64,000 nt of DNA from an uncultured Methanolobus sp. (GTDB lineage: Archaea; Halobacteriota; Methanosarcinia; Methanosarcinales; Methanosarcinaceae). How positions within the stretch are numbered: position 1 is the first letter of the stretch; every line of letters begins with the position of its first letter. The position numbers and the translations under genes are program-made. The stretch is taken from the NCBI GenBank assembly GCA_963675495.1, contig OY776215.1:1792001-1856000 (forward strand), read 5' to 3'. The notes under the pieces were generated by a model. That model had not been told where the DNA came from. It worked only from the letters and a program-made list of their open reading frames with translations, and ran no database searches. Shown piece after piece: positions 54,868 to 63,152 of the stretch.

Positions 54868-54899
54868 CGGAGAATTATATGTGTGTCTGGGTTTTAAAA

Positions 54900-55571
54900 T
54901 CATCGCAGCAGGGAATCAAGTTTGTCTTTTAGGAGGATGTATTTCTGCTCGTTTTGAGGGTAGAGTTTTATCTCTCCGGGGTTGATGTCTATCTTGATGA
55001 TTTTTGGATAATGAGACATTTGATATGTACTGTAAAAAAGTATTGTAAACAGCAGAGTGGGAAATATTGACATTGCGATATTTGTTGCGTTTTCTATTCC
55101 GTATGATTCTATCATCCTGTAGTTCTCACCCACAATCATCATTGTCAATATCAGTATCATGAAACTCATTATTATCAAATATGCTTTCCTGTATTTGTAT
55201 ATGATATTGTTGAAATTTGAGATGCTGATTATTTTCTCCACAGGTATTTTTGCTTCCCTGAAAAATGGTTTTTTAACTGTCAGTGCATCATTGTGAATCG
55301 ATATTTCATAACGTGTCAGCACATAAAAAACAGTTAACATCATAACAATAGTCAAAATAACACTAAGGTATGTCCAGATGCTTCGGTATAAATGATCGAT
55401 AAAAGAAGTGATAATGAACACTACCATCATAGCTATAATAGTGGCCATGAATTGAAAATCAACCATATGGAGGGGGACTTTCATTTTGATAGTATCTTCT
55501 GATTTATTCTGCTTCATTGTTTTTTGAGGAGTTTTGGATTTTGCTAAATAGGCTTCATTTTCTGGAATCAT
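54900..55571 (-). CDS. Hypothetical membrane protein (about 4 TM)
   Basis: Two pairs of hydrophobic helices separated by a short beta-rich segment. Confidence 0.65.
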   Translation of the reverse strand: MIPENEAYLAKSKTPQKTMKQNKSEDTIKMKVPLHMVDFQFMATIIAMMVVFIITSFIDHLYRSIWTYLSVILTIVMMLTVFYVLTRYEISIHNDALTVKKPFFREAKIPVEKIISISNFNNIIYKYRKAYLIIMSFMILILTMMIVGENYRMIESYGIENATNIAMSIFPTLLFTILFYSTYQMSHYPKIIKIDINPGEIKLYPQNEQKYILLKDKLDSLLR

Positions 55572-55640
55572 TGAATTTGCCTACACATTTTTTCAATCAT
55601 CGTTCTGAATTCTTCGCATTTCTCTGATTTTGATTAGACT

Positions 55641-56123
55641 TTAGTAATTAAGATCCATCTTCCCAAACTTGATCTGCCTATTCACTTCCTGAACCGGCAG
55701 AAGATAGCCATCAACTAAGTCCAGTTTAGGATTGTCAGGGTCAACTCCATATTTTGAGATATAATCGTTTCTTGCATCTTCTATTATATCGATCATTTCC
55801 TGCTCACTGATTATTATGTCGTAGTCCATTCCTTCCACCATGCCTGAATTTGGGACTCCTTTTTCAGTGACTACGACTATTTTATCTCCGCTAAGAATTG
55901 TTCCATTGAGGTAATTTGGTAGTTCTCCCCTTGCAAATTTCAGGTCATTCTCTGTGATATCGTATTTATCGTAAAGAGCCTGGAGCTCTTGGTCTGAATA
56001 GTGCAATTCTTTTTTTGTTGACTGGCCGGAAATGACTACCAAGCTTAGAAGGAGTACGATGGCAACAAAAGCGATTATTTTGTGTGTTGTGTTCATGCCG
56101 ATTTTCCTTGCTTGTTTATCCAT
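55641..56123 (-). CDS. Hypothetical secreted or membrane-anchored protein
   Basis: N-terminal hydrophobic helix followed by an acidic soluble domain. Confidence 0.7.
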   Translation of the reverse strand: MDKQARKIGMNTTHKIIAFVAIVLLLSLVVISGQSTKKELHYSDQELQALYDKYDITENDLKFARGELPNYLNGTILSGDKIVVVTEKGVPNSGMVEGMDYDIIISEQEMIDIIEDARNDYISKYGVDPDNPKLDLVDGYLLPVQEVNRQIKFGKMDLNY

Positions 56124-56347
56124 ATCTTAGATCAGGATACAAGATCATGTGAACTTCGTTATGGCAAAGTTTATCCGTACCTTAGCTTTGGTACATTGCT
56201 TTTCCATATATCTTATAATATTTATGTGCGTTTAACTAACAATTGTTTATTGCACTATTAAAATTTTATGGCCAAATAGTCCAACTGAAATCTACAGTTT
56301 TAATTTTCAAGAAAGAGTAAGTTTTGAAAACTTTGAACTACTAACTA

Positions 56348-56551
56348 CTAGTTATTGAGTAAATATACAAGCAAGCTACCTATCACCCATCCAAGTGGGT
56401 AGAGTATAGCTCTTTTAGGTGTTTGATTTAATTCCCCTAGTGTTTCCCACAAACCTCTGTACTTGTGTGCTTTATACTTTTTAAGATAAAAAGGATATAG
56501 TGCTACAAATGTCATGATAGTGGTGCTAACTATTACTGTTCCTGTATTCAT
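56348..56551 (-). CDS. Small 2-TM protein, paralogue of 57944-58147 (candidate immunity/accessory protein)
   Basis: Shares LYPFYLKKYKxHKYRGLWETxGE with the paralogue; 42 of 60 aligned residues identical by hand count. Confidence 0.75.
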   Translation of the reverse strand: MNTGTVIVSTTIMTFVALYPFYLKKYKAHKYRGLWETLGELNQTPKRAILYPLGWVIGSLLVYLLNN

Positions 56552-56769
56552 GATTTTGCCTTTCTTTTCCCTATTAGTACCATCCCTATGACAAACCCAA
56601 TTCCAACAAGAATTCCAGTACGTATTCCATTCATTAGATTATGAGACAGGTATCCTAATAATATGCATACAATAAGGATTGTAATGAAATACAAAAATCG
56701 TTCTTTTATCAGAGTTTTTTCCATCTTAATCATCTTTCTCATTTCCATTAATCTTAAAGCTGGATTCAT
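56548..56769 (-). CDS. Small 2-TM protein with basic C-terminus
   Basis: Two hydrophobic helices, ends GKRKAKS. ATGA overlap with the next gene. Confidence 0.65.
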   Translation of the reverse strand: MNPALRLMEMRKMIKMEKTLIKERFLYFITILIVCILLGYLSHNLMNGIRTGILVGIGFVIGMVLIGKRKAKS

Positions 56770-56784
56770 TGTATCACGTATCTT

Positions 56785-57837
56785 CTAGATCAATATCCAC
56801 AATCCAAGTAAAATTAGAACAATTCCGCTAACCAGTTTTACATGCTTCCGATAATCACGTATGCTTTTTGACAAGGTGTATCCTCCTATCAATCCAACTC
56901 CAACAAAAGGTGTCAATACACCTAAACTAAAAACAAGTAGTAAAGACAAATCACCTATTGTTCCCTGACTAACTGTTTTATTTAATAGAACTAAAAGCAT
57001 GGGTAAAGTACATGGCACTTTTACTAAAGAAAATAGTACTCCTAATAAAAATAATCCTCCTACTGTGCTAGCATGCTTTCTAGCAGTGTTATGAAAAAAG
57101 TCCTCCAGTGACAATGGTGCTTTTAAAAGCCCTACCAAATACAATCCAATAACGATAACTATGATTCCTGTAATTGAAGAAAAAACTTCGATGTTTGGCA
57201 TTGATTTTTTGAACACGATTAATCCAATACCTATCAAAAGATACGAAGTAACTAATCCAATACCAAATATAGTTGCCCTTGTTATTCCATTGCGGACAGA
57301 TTCACTGGTACCCGCGGTAAAACTTAAAAGAAATCCAAGTATTGCCATTAAACAGGGGGATAAGCCTGCAAAAAGACCCAATGAGTATGCAAATGGAATA
57401 TTCAAATTTGCACTAATGAATTCATCATCATGTTCGTTTTCTTTTATGTTTTTGATTGTGGACTCTGAAATATTTTCCTTATTATTTAGGTACTCATTTA
57501 TTGATTTTTTTATTCTATCTTCATTAATTTCGTCTTTGGGGATTTTTGTTTCATTATTTATGACAATAGCTGGCACTTCACGAAAATCATATTGTTCCCA
57601 TCGGTTAAATCCTTCAACAGTCATTACATCAGTTCTTATGATATGTATTTTTTCGTATTTTGCATCTATTTGATTAATTACAACGTCAATTTTTTGACAA
57701 TCATTGCACCCAGTTTGATAGAAGTATTCAATATCAACTGATTTTGCAAATGCAGGGGAAATTCCAGATATAAGCACTAATAAGATTAAAAAAATTAAAC
57801 CAAATTTATTCACCTCTATCATTTTTTTTATCTCCAT
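56785..57837 (-). CDS. Thioredoxin-like domain fused to CcdA/DsbD-type membrane domain
   Basis: Signal peptide, YQTGCNDC (CxxC), EVPAIVIN (cis-Pro loop), then GLSPC and KVPC conserved cysteines in a 6-TM domain. Confidence 0.85.
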   Translation of the reverse strand: MEIKKMIEVNKFGLIFLILLVLISGISPAFAKSVDIEYFYQTGCNDCQKIDVVINQIDAKYEKIHIIRTDVMTVEGFNRWEQYDFREVPAIVINNETKIPKDEINEDRIKKSINEYLNNKENISESTIKNIKENEHDDEFISANLNIPFAYSLGLFAGLSPCLMAILGFLLSFTAGTSESVRNGITRATIFGIGLVTSYLLIGIGLIVFKKSMPNIEVFSSITGIIVIVIGLYLVGLLKAPLSLEDFFHNTARKHASTVGGLFLLGVLFSLVKVPCTLPMLLVLLNKTVSQGTIGDLSLLLVFSLGVLTPFVGVGLIGGYTLSKSIRDYRKHVKLVSGIVLILLGLWILI

Positions 57838-57943
57838 GTACTAATATCGCATTAACAAGCTAGCAAAGCTACTGCTATTTTGCTTTAATATCTTTCTGAT
57901 AGCAGCTTAACAATAAAAATATTAATCCACTATGTGTGTAAAT

Positions 57944-58147
57944 TTATTTATAATATGCACTAAGTAAGGTACATATAAACCACACAAGTGGAAAGATAAT
58001 AGCATTTTTAGGTGTCTTGTACATTTCTCCTATAGTTTCCCACAAGCCTCTATATTTATGTCTCTTATATTTTTTGAGATAAAAGGGATATAGTGACAAG
58101 AATGTCAAAATAATAGTACTAACAATCCCTGTTCCTATGTTCGTCAT
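57944..58147 (-). CDS. Small 2-TM protein immediately downstream of the halocin-C8-like precursor (candidate immunity protein)
   Basis: RBS AAGGAG; paralogue of 56348-56551. Confidence 0.75.
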   Translation of the reverse strand: MTNIGTGIVSTIILTFLSLYPFYLKKYKRHKYRGLWETIGEMYKTPKNAIIFPLVWFICTLLSAYYK

Positions 58148-58239
58148 TTAAACGCTCCTTGAATTACAATCATCGAGGAAAAAGTGCTTCATACATGTTT
58201 GGGGTTTATTTTCTCCCTACATGTAAGAAGCATAAGGCC

Positions 58240-59016
58240 TTAATCACAGAATTCCGAACAAATATATTCAACTGAGTTACTGCTTCCAGATTCACAGAAT
58301 ACATAAAAAACTACTGCGCAAACAGCTCCGCATACAGCTACTGCGGGTCCGGTAGTCATTAAGCAAAACATACCACATGTTGCAAAAGCTGTCAAAGTAC
58401 ACCCACTCCCGTATATGAAATCGTATGCCTCATAACAAGTATCACATTCAATGTAACTGTCAGAGGAACTAGATTTTATGACTCCATCGCCTATGACTTC
58501 ACCGTCTATACTGAGTATGCCTGCGTTATTCTCAATCACACTATTTTTATCCATTCCATTAGTAGTTTCAAAGACTTCGGTTTTGATATAATCTTCACCA
58601 TACTCTGTAATAGTATTACCTACAGTTGTTTTATTCCCGCGAGAAATAAATACGAATTTACCTACTGTATCACTATTTTCAGTATTTGCTGGTATTTCAA
58701 TGATTACTATCTCATCATGTTTATTTTCCTTTGGACTAATTTTTTGAACATTTATTTGATTATACTGTAAATTATATTCCTTATCTCGTAAATCTTTGAT
58801 TGCTCGCCTAGCATCTTCATTTAATGTAACTTGCAGCAATCCACTCAATTGTCCCAATCCTTCTTCTGTTTCGATGTTAAACTCATCTAACAAATTACTT
58901 CCATCAATTGTTGATGTGCCTGTTCTAATAGGTACGCATGCTGTCGCAGGCATTACCATTGCAATCATTATAATCATTGCTACTAGTATTGCGCTACATC
59001 CTGATTTTAAAATCAT
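58240..59016 (-). CDS. Halocin C8-like archaeocin precursor
   Basis: Signal peptide ending PATAC, acidic pro-region, Ser linker, then a ~70-aa hydrophobic C-terminal domain with 10 Cys starting CDTC and ending ICSEFCD. Confidence 0.7.
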   Translation of the reverse strand: MILKSGCSAILVAMIIMIAMVMPATACVPIRTGTSTIDGSNLLDEFNIETEEGLGQLSGLLQVTLNEDARRAIKDLRDKEYNLQYNQINVQKISPKENKHDEIVIIEIPANTENSDTVGKFVFISRGNKTTVGNTITEYGEDYIKTEVFETTNGMDKNSVIENNAGILSIDGEVIGDGVIKSSSSDSYIECDTCYEAYDFIYGSGCTLTAFATCGMFCLMTTGPAVAVCGAVCAVVFYVFCESGSSNSVEYICSEFCD

Positions 59017-59021
59017 TTATT

Positions 59022-59280
59022 TCTTACCTCATTTCAGTTTATTTCAAATAAATCCAGAGGCAAGATCACGCAAACTTTAAACAGTATCAAAGCCAACATT
59101 ACTATGCCTCCGGGCGTAAGTGTGGGGTTCAAGTCGATTCTGCAAATTCAGTTTGGACCCCACTCCATAAACATCTATTACTCTCATCATATACATTTAT
59201 TACTACGATGAATATTCATCGATCCGATTAATATTAATCAGTCCGATTAATATTCGCCTTTCTGATTAATGTCAGAAACA
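59022..59280 (-). repeat. Promoter/leader module copy 1 (homologous to 62037-62283)
   Basis: Shared blocks tcttacctcatttc, agaggcaagat, atcaaagccaac, ggggttcaag, tctgcaaattcagtttggacc, catatacattt and the palindrome array. Confidence 0.9.
59206..59277. promoter_or_regulatory. Array of four boxes (consensus GATTAATATTAATC-like) at 19-bp period, copy 1
   Basis: Boxes start at 59207 (GATGAATATTCATC), 59226 (GATTAATATTAATC), 59245 (GATTAATATTCGCC) and 59264 (GATTAATGTC). Directly upstream of the minus-strand TATA-like AAATGTATATG (59198-59188). Confidence 0.75.
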
Positions 59281-59571
59281 AGGCAATCCGTAAATCTGAT
59301 GGTTCCGGGAGTTGCACTATATGCAACACCGAAGCATAAATTTAATATTTGTTGCACATACTATGATTTTTATTGTTAGTTCACTCCTATACTTTATATT
59401 ATCAATATATTTTTCTAGTAAGGAACTTACTTAAAACAGTACTCCATATTTCAAGCAAGGGCGAAGTTAGGGATTTAACTGAACTTTACTTCAGGCAAGC
59501 AAAATACGTAGAATGTTGATTAATCTTCATGAGTAGTTCATCTGCATGAATCTTCAGAATGGTACAAGAAC

Positions 59572-60383
59572 ATGGACTTCCTTGAGATTTACAGAAAAGA
59601 CGGAGATGATGTTCGGGCTATATACAGGTCCAGGCTCATAATTGAGATACTGCTATCATTAAATGAAGGTAGCAAAACGCTTTCTCAACTGCGCGAAATT
59701 ACCGGGAGTTCATCCCAGTCAATAATACCAAATATCAGGAAACTGGAGTCCTGTCACTTGCTAGAGGCAAAGGAAGATGGATATTGCCTGACCCGGCTGG
59801 GAAAGATTGTAGCATTCAGGACCGCAGATTCCTTCAGTACAATTGGAACGATCAATAAGCACAAACTTTTCTGGTCAGACCATTGCCTCGAAGACATCCC
59901 TGCATCATCATTAAATGAGATCGGTGCCTTTACAATTCTGAAATTGTCAATGATACCAATATAGAACTTTTTAATGTATACAACACCAATCTGAAAATCA
60001 TAAAAGAGGCTGAGCGTGTATTCGGTGTATCATCCGTCGTAACCAAGGAATATGCGGATTCTATATCAGAAAAAATATGTGAAGGAATACCTGTCGAACT
60101 TATAGTTCCTATAGATGTTGCAGAACAATTGAAGCAGGAGCCTTATGTGGAAAAGATCAATGCACTAAAAGATTATGAAAACTTCAAATTAATGGTCATG
60201 GATGAACAAATTAGAGTGGGGCTTATTGTCACCGATAAATCTCTCTCATTGGGCCTGTACAAAAAAGACGGTGTGACCTATGACATCGCAAGTGGCATAT
60301 TCAGCTTTGATCCCACGGCGCTTGAGTGGGGAGGGAGGCTCTTTGAGTATTATAGGGCTCGATCAAGGCTTATAATTATGTGA
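59572..60383 (+). pseudogene. Winged helix-turn-helix regulator (same family as 29795-30580), frameshifted
   Basis: N-terminal YRSRLIIEILLSL...YCLTRLGKIV. A 1-nt deletion near 59928 (GCC-TTTAC) breaks EIGA-LYNSEIV. The second frame continues to ALEWGGRLFEYY. Confidence 0.8.
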
Positions 60384-60544
60384 ATGTCACGGCGTTGGTG
60401 GCAAACAATAATAATCGGTATATTGCTCAGTCATGGAAATCATTTACTTTTTCTTTCGTCTTTTGTTTCTTACTAATAAGGATTTCTACAGAGTTCAAAT
60501 TCAAAGAGAACTAACTATCCCGACATTTTGCCTCCGTTCTGACG

Positions 60545-61015
60545 TTAATCAATCAAAAGCAGAATGGAAAGCAATAATATGCCTAAGCAGACTCCAACTA
60601 AAAGCGATGTTTTCGTTCTTATTGATGCAAAGTAGCCAATCAAACCACAAATAAGTGTGAAAGGTGCAAAATCAATTATGGTTTTCCAGCGCAACCAATA
60701 ATTAAGACCTGCCATTACAAATTCTGGGTCAAACAGCTCAAAAAGGATTTCAGCATAAATGGAACTAAGAGGAAATAACAGCACTCCGCATAACGTGGCA
60801 ACAACTTTGTTTCCTGTTGTATACCCATAATAGATTAGGAGTACTGATGGAACGCCGAAAATTAATGTTCTAGACAATTGCTGCAGTTCCATGGATATAG
60901 GCATCATAGTTGGTACTAAAAATAACTTATAACCCACTTCCATCAACGCAGATATAAGTGGAATTAACATTATAATTGCTACTGAGCGAATCAATCTTTT
61001 TTGGTTATCCGTCAT
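60545..61015 (-). CDS. Hypothetical integral membrane protein (4-5 TM) downstream of a secreted protein
   Basis: Strongly hydrophobic 156-aa ORF; RBS AGGAGG. Confidence 0.75.
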   Translation of the reverse strand: MTDNQKRLIRSVAIIMLIPLISALMEVGYKLFLVPTMMPISMELQQLSRTLIFGVPSVLLIYYGYTTGNKVVATLCGVLLFPLSSIYAEILFELFDPEFVMAGLNYWLRWKTIIDFAPFTLICGLIGYFASIRTKTSLLVGVCLGILLLSILLLID

Positions 61016-61080
61016 CTATCCTCCTGAAAAAAGAAAGGTAGCTTGACCACCTTCCAGATTCTATAAGACAGTTCTATTTT

Positions 61081-62031
61081 TTAACTGCCGACTTTATAGA
61101 TACAGGTTGCATCCTCATCATTGAGAGGACTTGCTACGTAGTTATCAAGGTCACGATTATCATATAATACCCACCAATTCGATAGATCGTTATCAAAAAA
61201 GCCAGCAACCAAATCTTCCGCAGGTTCATATTCATCTGCCACATGTGGGAATGAACTGTCATGATGCACATTTGCAACGACGTCACCGTTACTCATCTCC
61301 CATAACCTTGCATGATATCCACCATTTATTCGATATCTATCATCAGCTACGCCGTCATCCAATATCCAATCATCTTCTGGGTCAGACACATACTGGTCAT
61401 ATTCATATGGATTATCAATCCAATCTTGATCAAGTATCCTTGATTTCACTGCACTTTTATCGGTAGATTCCCACGCTAGGTTTATTGGGTCTTCCCTGCC
61501 ATAGTAACCATTATCTTCTGACCATGTCCACTGTGGATACGCATAACCATAATTCCACCAAGTAAAAGGATCAGTTTGACTTGTTATTACTACAGTTTCC
61601 TGAGTTACAATAACCCTTTCATTACCTTCTTTTAAATCGAAAGATTCTTCGTTCAAGACGATGGATTTTCTTTCTTTAGTATCTATAGGAATTTCACTCA
61701 CTTTCGTGAATTGGTTAATCCCAACTTTATTTGCCAAGTTTTCTCCTGTGTATATTTCTTTAATTTGAAGCTGCTCATTTTCATACTTATAAATTTTAGT
61801 TGATGTAATGTTTACAGTATGGTTTTGCATCCACTTTTCAGTCTGTGCTTGTCTCCATAGCTTTGTTTCCTCATCTACAGTAGTTTCTTCAAGCCACTGC
61901 TTGACTTCTTCTGGCATTTGTTGATCCCTTGATGTCTTTTGGACAGCACCCATTGCCGGTGCAATCGCCATGCTCATAAGCAACATTGTCGCAATCAGTG
62001 TGCTCGTCAGAAATTTTACATTTGTTTTCAT
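61081..62031 (-). CDS. Secreted hypothetical protein with Trp/Asp/His-rich C-terminal domain
   Basis: Signal peptide ending PAMGA; C-terminal EDPINLAW...YHARLW...NVHHD...PH motifs. Confidence 0.8.
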   Translation of the reverse strand: MKTNVKFLTSTLIATMLLMSMAIAPAMGAVQKTSRDQQMPEEVKQWLEETTVDEETKLWRQAQTEKWMQNHTVNITSTKIYKYENEQLQIKEIYTGENLANKVGINQFTKVSEIPIDTKERKSIVLNEESFDLKEGNERVIVTQETVVITSQTDPFTWWNYGYAYPQWTWSEDNGYYGREDPINLAWESTDKSAVKSRILDQDWIDNPYEYDQYVSDPEDDWILDDGVADDRYRINGGYHARLWEMSNGDVVANVHHDSSFPHVADEYEPAEDLVAGFFDNDLSNWWVLYDNRDLDNYVASPLNDEDATCIYKVGS

Positions 62032-62036
62032 TTTAT

Positions 62037-62283
62037 CTTACCTCATTTCTAATTCCCTCAAGAGGCAAGATTACGGAAACCTTAAAACACATCAAAGCCA
62101 ACCATAACCTTGCCTTAGGGCGTTCCGGGGTTCAAGCCGACTCTGCAAATTCAGTTTGGACCATACTCCCGAAATATCTATCACTTTCACCATATACATT
62201 TCTTACTGTGACGAATATTCGTCGATCCGATTAACATTAATCAGCCCGATTAATATTCGTCTTTCTGATTAATATCAGAAGCA
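62037..62283 (-). repeat. Promoter/leader module copy 2, including 19-bp-period box array
   Basis: Boxes start at 62210 (GACGAATATTCGTC), 62229 (GATTAACATTAATC), 62248 (GATTAATATTCGTC) and 62267 (GATTAATATC). TATA-like element at 62201-62191. Confidence 0.9.
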
Positions 62284-62321
62284 AAATAATCCGGGATATT
62301 TTTCATGAATTGTAAAATCAG

Positions 62322-62540
62322 GTGTTTGGATCTCAATTTCAAAATTTAGCAACTGGAAATCACAGACAGGTATCTGTCTTCAAAACGGATGTTGGTAAAA
62401 GTGCTATTCACTGGCATATCAACAAATTAAAAGAAGAAAAAGCAATTCGCTGTGAAAAATATGGCAGGTTCAAAAGGTACTATCCTAAAAGCAATTTTAC
62501 AGTAATTGAGGAAAATAAGATTCCGATATTCTCAGAATGA
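62322..62540 (+). pseudogene. C-terminal fragment of a winged helix-turn-helix regulator
   Basis: VGKSAIHWHINKLKEEKAIRCEKYGRFKRYY is a recognition helix plus wing. No recognisable N-terminal part. Confidence 0.55.
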
Positions 62541-63152
62541 TCACTCTGTATCCTCTTCTGCATCCCATACTTTTTCCAGCAGGTCAAGCCTGCCAGCTTT
62601 TTCCAGTTTCTTATATATGAGTTCCCATGCACAATCCTTTTCAGGGTCTACTTCGCACTTCCCGTCAACTGAGCCACCACATGGGCCGTTAAGTAGCTGT
62701 TTTGGACATTGTCCTTTGGGGCAGATGCCACCAAAATAATACACAGTACAATCACCGCACATTGCACATAATTCGGGGATGACTTCTCCCTGCGAACGTC
62801 CTCCAAGGGAATCTGTGTTGTTTGAAGAGTAAACTGGTACTTCTGTCATTCTGGAAACAATAGAAACCCCGCTTCCGCATGCCATCACAATGATCGCTTT
62901 TGCATCCCTGATGACAGGGTTCTTTTCAATGAGTGAATCAAAGGATGTAACACTGCAGGCAGCAGTTGGGAGTACCCAGCCGATAACATGCTTTCCTGCT
63001 TCTTCCAGGCGTTGTTGCATCTCGATGACCTCTGGCTCACCGCCAACATGCTGTTTTGCAGCACAGGTATTGCAGCCGATGATAAAGATATCATCTTCAT
63101 CCTCTAACAGTTTCAATATCTCTTCAAAGGGTTTTGCAGATGAGATTATCAT
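62541..63152 (-). CDS. Methylenetetrahydrofolate reductase C-terminal-domain protein (MetV-like, Cys-rich)
   Basis: IGCNTCA, MACGSG, CAMCGDC...GGICP...CPKQLLNGPCGG...GKCEV...CAW. Confidence 0.85.
   Translation of the reverse strand: MIISSAKPFEEILKLLEDEDDIFIIGCNTCAAKQHVGGEPEVIEMQQRLEEAGKHVIGWVLPTAACSVTSFDSLIEKNPVIRDAKAIIVMACGSGVSIVSRMTEVPVYSSNNTDSLGGRSQGEVIPELCAMCGDCTVYYFGGICPKGQCPKQLLNGPCGGSVDGKCEVDPEKDCAWELIYKKLEKAGRLDLLEKVWDAEEDTE

Larger units (their letters stand above)
54900..62540. other. Accessory island between the MetV-like gene and metF
   Basis: About 7.6 kb of secreted and small membrane protein genes, two broken regulators and a duplicated promoter module. Visibly AT-rich at 56.2-59 kb. 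No integrase or transposase seen. Confidence 0.65.

Noticed and set aside
54892-54903. 12-bp match ttttaaaatcat shared with 59005-59016 as a possible target-site duplication
   Set aside because: Short and AT-rich, and the second copy is inside the island rather than at its far boundary.
59206-59277. Regularly spaced repeats as a possible mini-CRISPR
   Set aside because: A 19-bp period leaves only 5-nt spacers and no cas genes are present; it fits operator sites.
59960-59966. TAG ending ORF 59572-59964 as possible pyrrolysine read-through
   Set aside because: The homologous sequence continues in a different frame from about 59928, so this is a frameshift rather than an in-frame amber codon.
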